DNA of 64,000 nt from assembly GCA_002633005.1 (NCBI GenBank), contig NMRA01000005.1:1290319-1354318 (forward strand), in the 5' to 3' direction. The translations under genes were made by a program, and so were the position numbers. The notes under the pieces are model-generated. The model saw only the letters and a list, made by a program, of their open reading frames with translations. It was not told the DNA's origin and did no database searches. Within the stretch, counting starts at the first letter, position 1, and the number at the start of each line of letters is the position of its first letter. Source of the DNA: Phoronis australis. Lineage: Eukaryota; Animalia; Phoronida. Below, piece by piece: positions 12,024 to 25,259 of the stretch.

Positions 12024-15000
12024 GTAAGTATCATTAATTTGTATGCCTTTAATTGTTGATTTGTTGATAAGGGAATATTGGCCAAAGTCAAAGACCAAGT
12101 CATGTTTTAGACAAGTGCCTTAAACCTAACAACATGCCACAACTTGTCAAATTTGGCCTGCTGGCTGAGTACGGTAATCTCTTCGATAATCTCTTTGATT
12201 TCACACAAAATTGCAAAATGGTAATGTTCCATTTTCCTTGCAAAAAATAATCTAAATTTTACCAGTGTTTAGTTTTATGATCGTTGTTCAGTACCAAGTA
12301 GACTAATGATAAAGTTAATTTTTTCTCAATGTTTGTTGTTGTTCTCAAATTTTTCTGAATAAAATTGCACTTTTGCGCTAAAGTAATGAGGGTCAAGTGC
12401 ACTTACAGCGTTTTTAAGTTTTTGTCAAAAACAGGCTCTTATCTTGGAAACTCAGTCTGAAGAATCGATTATGGCATCCCTACCCTTTGCAGTTGTCATT
12501 AGTGACGCAAGAATCAACACTGTTGTCTAGAAACAGATTGTCTTTTTTCTTTAAATTTTTGGTGGACTTCCCTTGGTCTGAATGTTTTTTTTCTCTTCCC
12601 CTGTGATAATTCCTGGCATATCTGGTTTGCCGCACATTTCCTGTAGATCTTAGCCATAGTGGTCCTCAGTCAGTCGGCACATGTTTTGTAAATCAAAAAC
12701 AGTTGTGTTCAGTTTCTAATTACACCATGGTCATGACTTAACTCCATGCTCCAAGCGTTCTCCATACTATTGGCTGAGCTGGAGTGTGCCAATGATATTT
12801 TGAATAAGCCTTTTCCAGTGGAGACCATGACTGCATTTCGATTGGCCTAATCCTGGTCGCTTATTGGTTCCTTGAAGCAGCGACAAACTCTCCTGATTTA
12901 GACCACCTAGGGTTATGAAATCAACACAAAATGTTCCCCAATGAAATTGGTGGTGATTTCTGGGCTTCCAAAGAACTGGTGGTTCACTTTTGCTTAAGAC
13001 CAGTTTCCACAAGTTGGCTTGGCACGCCAAGTAGGGTCTAGGACTGTCATTCGTTCCTACTGACCGACACTCCCCAAAACATCCACTCAGTCCACATTTG
13101 TATTAGGTGTGTAGGTGACCTGTTACTTGATCTGACTGGCGTTACATCATTCTGTAGTCCAGAACATGAGTCTCACATGCCCTTGACTTCCTGTTCCATC
13201 ATATGTTGACGAATGAGGAAATATGCCTGTGACGCAAATTGTTAGGAACACCTTGAAACAACCAAATTTTATCTTTTCAAATAAAAAACGAACTCTTTAT
13301 TCAAAGCAAAATAAGAATTAACAATCCTCACTTCATCAAAAGCTGCAATTCCGTGACAGGTTATTAATGAAAGTTTTGTTCTTGGTTTTAACAGGCTAGA
13401 ACTAGTGGTTCCTTAATTCTGAATATCTCAAAAAGTGCGCCTATGATGATGGAAATTTCCACATGTCATAACCAGTCTGCCAAATGACCAAATGAAAATA
13501 GACAATACTTATTGCCTCTCATTTTTCGCAACACAAAATGTCATTATAGTGTAAAACTGTTCTTAGATGTTTATTTAATATCATGATGAATGAACCTTAA
13601 CATTAGTTGTCTGTTCAAACGGAAGTTTCAATGCTTTAATCGACTCTCGATGAACAGTCAGTCTCCTTTTCGGCCTCAGTAGACCGATATTCTTGGCTCT
13701 GGTCCAATTACAGTGGTTTATATATTACCTATGATCCCTGAAATGTCACGCTTGCTTTACTGCATTCTGTTAAAGCTGGCCAGGAAGCCTGCCTTGACCT
13801 ACTAGCTTGGCTGTTCAGTTTGTTCAGTTGCCCATCTATTCATATGCCAACCTGTATTCATAGTGTGGAGACTGAGGCTCTTTAGTGACTGCCAATGACA
13901 TTGTGTGTATTAAGTTCAGTGCTATTTTTCATGTTTAATCGTTTGTGTTCAAATTATGATTGACTGGTTGCTGCGTCTAGAAAAACATGATGGCGCAGCA
14001 TTTAATTCACAATTTGTGTTTAATCTTTTTTCTTATACAAACACTCTGGTAACTATCGTTGGGTATTTGGTTGGCAAGGGACATAGTGAGGTTAGTGTGC
14101 AATCTATAGAAGTCGAGTACAGTCACTGTGAGCGAAGTTGTGAAATCCTCTCTTAAGATTCAGAAATACAGATTCCAACTTTTGTTTTTCTAGAGTTCTC
14201 CAAATCAGTTGGCTTTCCTGAACATTCTAAGAACTGGCACATAATGTTGACTGTGAAACCTCCTCCCCCACTTTCCTCCAAGATCCAAACATCCTGGAGG
14301 TGTGGCCAGTGAATGGTAAACAAGACAGTTCCATTCTTGGCCAAATCAATAGATGTGTAGAGCACTGTGTAGTGGGTTGCATAAGAACTTAATCTGTGTT
14401 TTTCATGGCTGGCAAACCATTCACAAACCATCTTAAGCGGTTATGTAATAAGCAGGGACTATTTCCTGCTATAAATCAAGTATTTACCCCTGTGCTTTGG
14501 GAGAAATGGGAGGCTCCTAAGAGGGATGTAGAAATGGCCTCTGGGGTATTTAAACATAGTTTTGGTTGTTTTGAAAGTGTTCCAGTTCGTGACATTTTTG
14601 CCATTGTTAACAATGTCGATAAAGATAACTTGGAACTTTCGAAGTTTACAGATTAATTCATTTTTAGGTTAAACTACATAGTCTCAATTCTCAGGATGAA
14701 CACGAACATTCTTTTTCTTGGCTTCATAACAATATCTTACTCGCCTGTTTTATTTTTTCACCAAGTGTTTTGTTATTCAAGAATTGTGAGCTAAAATAAC
14801 ACTATATTCCATTTCCACCCTTCTAGGTTGGCTAATCAAAATTTGGTTCATTTTCAATCAGTCTCACTTCCCTTCAGGCTACAGGGAAACTGGCCTAATG
14901 CCAAGACCTCTCTTCTAACTGCAAGGTTTTTCTTCAAAGCCAATAGACCAACCTCTTGTTTTACTTCAGTGAAACTCTTGTTACTCCACTCTATGAATCA

Positions 15001-16214
15001 CACCCCCAGGGTGATGGTCACATGTCTTGAGCTATGATGTGCCCTGACAATGCCAACCCTATTTAATTTGACACGTTTGGTTTGTTATTTCATGCAGTAG
15101 GAATAAGAGTTAGTGTTTTCTTTGGACTCAGAACTTGGTATTCATTGGGCTGATTTCAGTCTGTGGCAATTTAGTGTGCCCTGTGTGAGTTCTGTCATAA
15201 CTGATGTCTTCTAGCTTCTGTTGTACTTTCGAACATAAAAACCATGACCTTTGTTACTTTTTCCATTTATGAGTGACTTATAAGAAATGACTGTCACAAC
15301 AAGCTTTATTTTTCTCTTTTACTGTGAATCATCAATCAAAATTTTCATTTTGGCCTTAATATGTCTCAGATCGTCTTGTGCTGTATTGCTGGATATGAAA
15401 TGCTTCCATGATAATGCTAAGTTGTGAACAAAGAAATAACAAAATGTTGCGCAATACAGAAATTCAACTGTTAAGGAAGGGTTTCTGTGCTGGAGTAATT
15501 TATCAGGAAATATTTTATCAAGATCTACCACGTTTGTCATTTCATAGGATACAAAGTTTTGATATGAAAAATTTCAAGACATGAAAAATTAATCTCATAT
15601 TTTAGTTGGGTTGTGTGAACAAACCACCTCAACACAGGAAATTTGGAATAATTTGTTTCAATAATTATATTTTGTCATTAGCTGCTAAGTCATTTGCTAA
15701 GATGTGGGCGCAGATAAGGTCAAAAATAGCGTAATTGGTTTGTCTGTTAGTTTTTTTTTCTGAAAATTGATGTGATGCACTGCGTTTTTTGGTTGTTCAT
15801 ATTTTCAAAAAGAAAGGCATTAGATGTCTGGTGAATTGCATCACAGACCATTCTTTATTTCTATCACTGTGTTTCCTGATACAGGTCTGCTGAAATGGGC
15901 CAGCATTGTTCCTTTTACCCAGCACCACCTGATGCCAGCTTCCAGGCACAAGTTCGAAAATGCGGCCAGGCACAGACAAAAACCAATTATTTTCTGACCT
16001 AACTTCAACTCTTTTCAATGTCAAGTGTGCTTGTCATGTGATCAGGCTATGATTCTGAGCTGCAGCGTCCAAGGCTTGTTATCAGTGATAAGTCTGACCT
16101 GGAAATAATTTTGGGGCATTAGCCATCAGTTGCTGCCATAAAAATTCCTGAAGCTAGAATGCTTTCTTCAGTTGGGGCACTTTCACTTAGATAAAACACA
16201 CAATAAAAGCTTGC

Positions 16215-16455
16215 TAATTTGCCACTTCATTCGCACAAAAATTATTGCCGAAACGGTTGTTTTCCATTTTTCAATAGTGGATTACCTTGCTTCAAACGAT
16301 GAAAACTTTACCAAATGTTATTTTCATGATATCTACGCATAACAAACTATGCTGGTTATAGTCTAAATTGTTCTTAATCTTAATGTTCGTGGAGAAATTT
16401 GACAAAATAAGATTTTGCTTATCGGTCATATTTTGTGATACACGAGTGATTACCA
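16215..16455. mobile_element. Abundant ~220-250 bp dispersed repeat, probably a TA-target Tc1/mariner-like MITE family (representative copy)
   Basis: Shared ends ...TTCGCACAAAAATAATTGCC and TTTCACTTGTCGGCCATATTGTG... recur at about 10630-10850, 12170-12400, 35170-35417 (inverted), 49872-50085 and 52218-52590, with fragments at 40040, 40325 and 52685. Several copies end in TAC(C)GGTAATT. Boundaries are approximate. Confidence 0.6.
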
Positions 16456-17330
16456 CATCTCCATAGTCCATAATTTTGGGGAATAATGAAGCCAGCTAAT
16501 AACTCGACCGTTGTCTGTTTGAATTATAGTCGAGAAACAGTGCTTGGGGGGAAAGACTACTAGATTCACTCTGAAACCAGTAGAAATAAAAGAGCTTTTT
16601 TGCCCACAAAAGTTACCTTTACCATTTTGTTAGTTTGGTTATAGCAGTGCAAAATCCCTATCACGTGTAGGTAGTGTTTGGTCAGGAGCGACAAAGATTG
16701 AACATTGAAACTAAAAATTCCGCAAGATTGACAGGATGTAAGCTTTAGTGTGAATGATTGCTTAGTATATCTTGTTACTTAGTTGTCATGGCAACACTTG
16801 TCTCCTTAGACCGGATTTCCTGTGCTTACCCTGTTACTTGATAGTGGTAATCTGGCATTCCTGTTTACTGGCCTCTGATTGCTTGCCTCTCTTGGCAAAA
16901 AAGCTTGATTGAAAATCTTGCAGGAGACTAATTAGTTCTTACTTGAACTGGCTTGTGGAGTTCTTTTTCCATTAAACAAGAGTCCATACTTCCGGACAAA
17001 CAATTAATAACACAATCTAATTTTCTCATTTCCTTACTTTTCTTTCAATTGATGTTTTCCACGAAAGTTCACTAGTATTAGTAATCTCTTACTTAGGAAA
17101 TACCTGTTGGAAAAAATTCCAGTTATGAAGTTTCAAGCGTTAACCACACAACTCTCTGTTTTGTCAAAAAGGACAATCTGACGTAGCAACCTCCTTCTGT
17201 GAGAATAGTTTGAAACTGCATTGTTGTTGCAATTTATGAAGAAATGTTTTTTATTGACACATATTGTGTCATTTTACTAAGCTTCAATGGTGTTTATTTA
17301 GTGTTTAACCAACTTTTCTTTACCTTCCAG

Positions 17331-17644
17331 ATGAAGCACGTCATCAGAATGTTGGTGTACTGGTGCACTGCCTGGCAGGTATAAGCCGTTCAGTCACAGT
17401 GACCGTTGCATACCTTATGCAGGAAATGGAAATGACTTTGAACGATGCGTACGATTTTCTTAAGAAGAGGAAGCCAAACATTTCGCCCAACTTCAACTTT
17501 ATGGGGCAGCTGTTGGACTTTGAGCGAACACTGACCAGTCCCAAGACTTGCAAATGCAGCAAAGGCGTCCCATGTTGCCATGACAATATAGAAACATATT
17601 TCAACACACCATCCCTACCGGAGCTTGAGGTAAAAGCCACATGA
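17331..17644 (+). CDS. DUSP6/7: DUSP6/7/9 exon 3: catalytic PTP loop and C-terminus
   Basis: Acceptor taccttccAG at 17329-17330. Encodes (N)[29 protein letters not shown]...[18 protein letters not shown] at 17642-17644. Joined CDS is 382+393+314 = 1089 nt, 362 aa. Confidence 0.97.
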
Positions 17645-19460
17645 AGCACTTTAACTGTTTTCGGGGGATGTGATCGAGTTGCTTTTGTGGTTCTGTCTCC
17701 TTGAACTTGAACACGCAAATTGTTGAAATTAACGAAATAAAGATATGTAAGAAGTAATGACATTAACAAGAGATCTTCAAATAACACAGAAGTCCTGACG
17801 TTTTTGCTGTCCTCAAAAACTATTTTGTTTCTTCCAACATCTGAGAGGTTCTAGGATGTGTCAGAATGGTAACATGTCTACTGTGCTTGAATTTTTCTTG
17901 TTGTGTTTGAAATGTTGTTTAAAAATTCATTTTTGTTCACTTTCAAAGAAATAAGGGTCCACAAAAACTCGAGAATTCAAAGTCTTTCCAGTTGTTTGTC
18001 TTTTGCTTTTGTACAAAGAACGAGTTGGAAAATTTCTGCAACTCATGCCGTGGCTGTGCCATCGGAACCAACATTTAACACATATTCCTTGTTCAACGGA
18101 TATTAGGCCCCGGCATCAGCATTACTGTATGTCGATATAGTTGGAAACGCCTTACAAGACTAGATCACTGATTAGTTTTCCACATGGTGTTACCTGTGGT
18201 CAGAGCCATAGGTGTGTCTACTCCTGTGGCACGCATACAGGAAATGGCCGTATTGCCGAAATGATTGAGGATTTGCCATTCTTATGTTACTAAAGGCTTT
18301 GACCACACCGAATCAGCTCAGGGTTAATAGATTGCCATTTTACGGCAAACACTGTAACAAATTAAGGTAACTTGTTAGTTTTCATTGCAATTAAAAATCT
18401 ATTTTTATAGAAAAGTTCAGGTCTTGGCAAGCATCCAACCTATTCTTATAAAACACGTATGTGAGATACATGTTTTCGAATTGGACTGGGCAAAATGTTT
18501 CAACGCAGATTTTTCCAGTGCCCTCAAATGTCAGCCAAAGTGAGTGTATGTGAAAGTTATGATTGTTTATGAATTTTAATCATTTGTACATACTCATTCT
18601 GTTTATTGTGGACAGTTTGTCCATGTGTTCGTCTTAGGGACTGTGCTGTTTCTAACCAGATAATTTAGTAGGCTTTTTAGTAGACAATGTTCTTCTATTA
18701 GGAGATTTGCTGTGTAAGGGAATATCTAAACTTCACCAGAAATTAAGACGGGTTCGACAAATCTCATTGTCTCTAATGGGAAGACTTGTGTTGAGCTAAT
18801 TTTTATCACGTGCAGTATCTATAGCATTTGTTAACCATTTCTGTATTAAAACATTCACGCTCGAGACTCTGACAAATATATGCTGGTCACTGTTTGTAAA
18901 ATCATCATTCATTATGCGTTTAATTACTCAGAATTGACGACATCAAATTATTTGAAGTAGGTAATTGTGACTTAATTGTGGAGATTTCTGATTTTGGCTT
19001 TGGCTAAGTTCAACAAGCAATGGTATTCGTTTACACCATTACTCCAGCTATATGACTACATGCTGCCAAAAAGATTTGTAAATAATTCTAACAGTGCTTG
19101 GGTCCTGTAGATCTTTGCTGGAGTTGTGATGGATGTTCATGTCATGCCCAACATAATGATATATGTGTTCTATGGAGACTTAGTAAGTAAAGGAGGTCTA
19201 GCTAAATGAGATTAGCTCCACCATGTTTAATAATCGTCCCCCTTGGGCAAATTTGTTACCTCAGTGATATACCTTGTTTTACCCTAGGCTATGATTCATT
19301 TTCTCACCATGGTAACTGTAACTATGGTGCTGAGGTCAGGAATCAAAGCTTAGAGAAAAGCGGTTGTTGATTTATTATATTTGTATAACATTAGAGAAAT
19401 AATAAAAGTATATTTTACATGATTTATTGATTTCTCTCAATAAAAATAACTCTTGTTATT
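17645..19460 (+). other. Probable DUSP 3'UTR, about 1.8 kb
   Basis: U-rich. Tandem AATAAA at 19401 and 19439. TGTANATA at 18585 and 19077. ATTTA at 18073, 18663, 19370 and 19422. Confidence 0.6.
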
Positions 19461-21050
19461 CATGTATTCACTGACGAAACGAAAATGAGGCACACAAGAG
19501 TAGTTGACATGACCGAGTCGTCAGACAAGGTAGACGGTTATCAGCATTGAAAGTGACGAATAATCTTGTGTTGGCAATCTTATCTTTCATCTCTTCTCGC
19601 CTGAAAAGAAAAAAAGGGCATACAACATGTCAGGAAGAGTGTTGGTCCAGGCAGGCCCACTCTAATGCTTTAACCACTGGCGACGAATGATCATGAAAAT
19701 TCCTTGATATCCTTCAGCTTCAGCCTAGTTCTTTTAAGTGTATAATTCACTGAGAATCTTGTATTGAAAATTTTCATTTCATTTAAAAGACATAGTTGTT
19801 GGTAGCGCAACTAATTTTTGCTTTCATCATAAAGCTTCTTATAGAAGCCGGGTGATTGTTAATTTCACTTATGCTTCATAGACATGGCCTCAATCTTGAG
19901 ACTGCGGTTTTTCAGAGGCCTTCGTTAATTACTTAGACCAAAACAATGATGACAAACAGGCCAGACATTTATTAATGTCAGGGAACCTTTTGCAACCCCA
20001 GCTTCTATTGGAAAACTGGTTTTCATTAGCCGTTTTGTGGTTCTTCAAACACCCCACTTTTCGATCTCCTCTGTAAATTTGTTTTAACCAACACTACGTA
20101 ACTAATATATTATTAACTTTCGCCAGTTTACAAAAGTCATTGAATGAGACCTCAAAATACCCAAGGCTTGACTTACATAGTACTGGCTGCCTGCGTCGAC
20201 AGGATACATTTGTTACGCTATTCATATATGAATCTTTCTGCATAGTATTTGAATGTTCTGTTCAACTGAAGCCATTTTTGTGGAAACCTTCAGTGGAACA
20301 AAAAGCTAAATCACATACAATCGTCGGATTACCTGCAGGCCTACAGGAAGAGGAGGTAGTCATTACATTGCTGTACTTAGCCTTGTTTACACATTCCGTG
20401 TGAATATTAATGAGTTCTTTTTAAGAACGGTCTATTTTTATGAGAAGTATAGTATAATTGTCATTTTTTATATTTTTTATATCTACACAGTACAAGCCAA
20501 GCTTAGAACAGGCAAAATTTCCCCAATATTTTTTATATTGTGGAATTTGACAAAACAAAATTTCTCTTGTCTGCCATATTTCATGCTAAGTAGGCCACCA
20601 TATCACGGATGGACACAGTGTTAGAGTATAGAGATCAGTAACCCAAGAAGTCAAAATTTACTACAATGTGAACATGAAACCAAGACTCTTCATTCCTACA
20701 TCTAAACAACCAATGCTCTAGGCAATTCGGTTTCCAGATTTGTACATAAAAATGTGTCGTTAATCACGTTAGCAGATGCAACACTATAAACCACGTGCTG
20801 GCAGCATGTCTTTTGTGCGTGGCTGGCTTAACTTGAACTATCTCAATGAATGTTTGCACAGCAAATATTGACAATGTGAATGACCTGATAACTAGAGCAA
20901 AAAGCATGGTGAATTCTCATATTTACCGTCAATAACGGAACACTGAACAAGACTGACTCTCGATTAATTAGTCCAGAGAAAATGGATTTACAGTGTTCCT
21001 TTGATATCTCGAGCATGACGGCCATTCACCACAGGATTCTGTAATACCCC

Positions 21051-21107
21051 GCTTCTTAACTACAAAACAAAATAACTGGCTTCTTAACTACAAAACATAA
21101 TAACTGG
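21051..21107. repeat. 28-bp tandem duplication
   Basis: GCTTCTTAACTACAAAACA(A/T)AATAACTG occurs twice in tandem. Confidence 0.85.
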
Positions 21108-21318
21108 ATTTCAAAACGATCGGAGATACCAGTTTACAATAAAATTGTTCTCAACCAATCGTGCGAGACTGAAAACAAAATATATTTTCCAGTTAGGGAG
21201 GCACAAAATAGTCTGGTTAACCTTAAACAAAACTGGACAATCCCATTATGAATAAGGGTAAAATTGTTAACAAACTCCAGTGCTTCTAACTGAATGCCCA
21301 GTTGTCCTTGGCTGGTGA

Positions 21319-21774
21319 CTCGCTGGTTTCTTGCGTGTTCGCTAGGGAAAAGGAGACACGCAGATATCTGGCAGATATCGTTTTATTTACCTCAGGGAAA
21401 TCTGTTTACACTGGCAATTCTGATTGGCTGGTCAAATGATCAACAGGTGGCACTGTATACATAAACAAACTGGCATGACTGATGGAGGAAGTGTAAATAT
21501 GGATATAGTTTGTGGTCTGTTGCAGACAAATCGGTGCTTAATTGGGACATGTTCAAGAAATGTTAATCGGAAAGTTGTGATTGTGCCTTTTCAGTGTAAA
21601 ACTTTCCATTGTTGTTGACAAGGATAAAAATCGTTCACAGTCCGCCACTTTCTTTATTTGTCGTAAAGGTAACCAATGACTGTCGAGGTTACATCAACCA
21701 GTGATAAAGCACGTGCTGCTGAATGATACCCGTGTTTCCCCTTCCCTCTAGTGGACAATCAGGGAACCAGAGAG
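21319..21774 (+). mobile_element. Non-autonomous DNA transposon, Mutator-like (copy A)
   Basis: TIR CTCGCTGGTT...AACCAGAGAG. Internal blocks are colinear with 44336-44935. Decayed 10-bp TSD TGGCTGGTGA / AGGTTGGTGG (7/10). Confidence 0.7.
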
Positions 21775-21796
21775 AGGTTGGTGGTAACTGTCGTAA

Positions 21797-22186
21797 GTGC
21801 TGTCCACAAACAAGCTTACCCTAGAATAAGTTACTTCTGGAACTAACGAGTTGTCGCTAGGTTTGAGGGCTGTGTAGACGCTGTTGAAACTAGTACAACT
21901 TACCCCACTTGTGACAACTTACACTGCACATTATCGAGGTGGGGTAACTTGCGCCACTTGTAATCGCTGTGTGGCCGCAAAACTGGGGTAGGGCGGAAGT
22001 AATTATCAGCTGCAGGTTTTCTTTTGCGTGCCATACTCACATTAGTCGTTCAATGCCACACACAGAGCAACGACTTCCGTCTTACCTTAGTTACTGTATA
22101 TGTGTGTGTGGACGCGCCTCCACTCAGAAGTGAGGTAACTTGTGCTAGTGCAAGTTGTTCTAGGGTAGGCTTTGTGTGGACGGCCC
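21797..22186. mobile_element. PIF/Harbinger-like MITE
   Basis: ~35-bp imperfect TIRs (GTGCTGTCCACAAACAAGCTTACCCTAGAA / TTCTAGGGTAGGCTTTGTGTGGACGGCCC). Flanks are TAA/TAT. A partial inverted copy lies at 43431-43566. Confidence 0.7.
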
Positions 22187-23815
22187 TATATAGAACATGG
22201 AAGTGGTAAGGAATTCATTTGGTTACAGTTCTTTCATGAATAACAGTTAGCATTCAGCAATGAGCACTGTCATTTTTGATAAATTACTGAGGTCACCATC
22301 TTAAAGGAGCCTACATTCCGTACAACATTCAGTAACCAATCAAATCTCAAACTAGAGAGTAAAGCTAGTTCCTTGGGTAGAGTTTCAAACACTTGTCCCA
22401 TTCTAAATATCTAAAGAAAAACAATCTTGACTCAAGGATATCTGGTACAGCTTGAGTAAACTTTCCTCATCTCACATGAGCTTGATAAGGCAGCAGTGAA
22501 ACAATGTATTCTTGTAAACAAAAAGTGGCGGAACATATCCAGTTGGCACACATATGAACACTTGTCCCTGTTTGACACAGAGAATTCTCCAACATGCATG
22601 ATAAGGGTTGGGGATGATCTCATTAGGTCGAGATAAACGGGTCAAATAAAAAAGGTCAGTTCAAATTAGCTCTCCAGTGGGAATCAAATCACACTTTGCT
22701 CATCTTCAAAACAACTATTATTTTTTAAAGTTTCTCTGCAGTCAGTGATGTATCTTATGATATGAATGATTCTGTGGCAAAAATTGGTAATTTTAATTCT
22801 TTTTGAAAAAAACTTGGTATTAAACATTCAACTAGTTCAAAGCGCTATACCACAGCTTACAAGATTCATTGTTAAGCGAACGTTAATTTTCCTGCTATAC
22901 CACAATGATGAAATGTCTGCAAGCCTAATACATCAGAAAAAAAACAGGCCTGCTTCTGAAAAAACAATTTTGACACTTCATTTGTCTTCCCGTTGTTGAT
23001 CTAACTGAGCAAACAATACATACATGCAGTTCCAGGCAAAAGCTGTTTCCAACATCAGATATTAAATTATCCTACTGTGAAGCTTTCTCACCACTCTTGG
23101 TAGAACTCACAGTCCTAAACAAATTTCTATGGCCCTTGGTCTACAAAACAGAAACGATGACAAAATTGTTTTTTTTCTAGTATCATATTTCTTCGGAAAA
23201 AAAATGCCAAAATAACTTTTCACGGGGACCTCAATTTCAGAAATAGATATAAAAATTACCAATTTCAGTCTATGACAGTTCAATCTACTTCAGCAAGTAT
23301 TTATTGCCCTAATGTCATCGCTAATGTGGTAATTGTCCTGCTCCCCACAAAAGAACCTAGATCAGTGTTCCTGATATCCAAGGATTCTGTTTACTGCAAT
23401 CCGATCTGATCCGTGCAGAAATCCATTGACAAAGTAGATACGGCTGGCTGCAATACTGTCTAAATTTCCAATGATTTGACAGGAAATGTCACATCATAAC
23501 TCAGTGATCACAGAGAGCTGCAACAGTTTACCGACATCTTGTACTTTGTCAATAGACTTGTACAATTCGTGGCTGTTTTCAAGAGTGAAGTTCATGAGGT
23601 AATCTAACCTAAGGTCTAAAACTGATTATTCGAACTGTTTAGCTTCAATATTGAATGCACTGTAAGAAGCTGAAGCAATAAAAATAAAAATTAGCTAAAA
23701 AAAAAGATGCATTACATTTTCCGGGCTCTCTTGTACGCGTTGACGAATGGTTTTAGTGACTCTTTAAACATGGCCTGCGAGTCATGATGCTCAGACAAAA
23801 AAGTACAAGTACTAG

Positions 23816-24219
23816 GGCCCAGTCTCTAATCTTTGTACTCGAAATGAACTCGAAATTACTTCTGGCAATTTCTCTGCTTCTTTTGTGCGAACTCAAGATA
23901 AGTGGTTATCAGACTGTGCTCAAATACATTTAATAGTTTATGCATATGAGTTAATAGTCCAAGTTTGCACTTGAAGACCCTTATATTCGTGCTACAAACT
24001 CGAGTAAAAACTTGAAATTTCCAGTTCAAACTCGAACTTTTAGCCTTAATGTTGGGGTTTATCAACTGCAAACTAGGACTAATAAACTTATCCACATGGT
24101 AAGTCATTATGTACTCAGCATAGAATAGATACTTATCTTGAGTTCATACAAGAGCAGCAAAATGCCAAACATAATTTTGAGTTCCATTTCGACTGAGTAA
24201 ACAGATTAGAGACCGGGCC
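23816..24219. mobile_element. PIF/Harbinger-like MITE
   Basis: TIR GGCCCAGTCTCTAATCT...AGATTAGAGACCGGGCC with further subterminal complementarity. Flanks TAG/CAG fit a CWG-type 3-bp TSD with one transition. Confidence 0.75.
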
Positions 24220-25259
24220 CAGATCGATATCCAGATTAGCCTCGATTAACAAGTCGCTGTCATCTGGAGTTGAAACCAAACGGTAAGTTTTTGTAACGAT
24301 ACTTTAATCAACTGTGCCATCTGGTGTTTAATCCAGAGAACTAGCAGTAACCACCAGTGTCATTAGCAGAGAGGCGTTAGTAAGAGGTAAGGGAAGTTGT
24401 GCGACAGAGTATCAATAGACCAAAGTTTCACTAATTGCTATTTAATCTAGTGGTACTGTATGACGCCAGCTCCTCTAATTTCCTCTCAGCAATTAACAAT
24501 GCCAATCGAGACTGTTTCCCACAGAATGACGTCATAAACCAATATGCATTGAACCTCATGGGAATTACGAAATCAGAAACAGGAGACAATTGAAAAATAG
24601 AAGACGAGGTGCCTTGATTGGCAGAGAAGCATTTGAACGAACAATCGCCCATCATGAAACAATCTTGCCATCATTTTATTAATGAATGTTGAAGTGGGAC
24701 TGATGCGCTTATGCTGTCATCACTTATCCTGTTTTCTCCATTGTTGTCAATTTAGTCAGATACTGACAAAATGATTGCAGGTGATATGTCTTGCGTGCTC
24801 AGGGAAGGTTCAAATGGGCTTTCAGCATCCAAAATCAGGTTTTGATCGACAGCTTTACACATGGAGTTTGCGAGCGTCTAGGCACTGGTGGACCTAGGGT
24901 GTCAAAGGGGGGAGGAGGGGTTTGGGCTAACCACAATGTTTTGAAAGAAAGTGTCCTCTTAAGTCCTTAAATCGGCATTGTGATGATGTCTCTTTGATCA
25001 TTGATGTTATGATGTCTCTTTGATCAAGTCCTATGGGCTGCCAGTGCTGCCAATTATGTATAGTCCTGTTTAGGCATCAACTTTTGGCTCGGGGCAACTT
25101 ATACCGAGCAAATTGATCGGTGTTAAGTGTTCGTTTACACACACAACTCACTAACTATGGCAAGACGGAAATTGTAGGCTGGAAAGTGTATCACGCATGT
25201 GCGGGATTTGAAGAGACAAAGAACCTGTATTGAGGTCATTACACAAGTGCAGTAGAGAT

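Noticed and set aside
17344-17787. 147-aa antisense ORF
   Set aside because: Shadow of DUSP exon 3.
24883-25046. Possible CACTGG...CCAGTG MITE with Transib/RAG-like ends
   Set aside because: The TIR match is weak, the flanks (CTAGG/CTGCC) do not form a TSD, and no RSS-like nonamer was seen.
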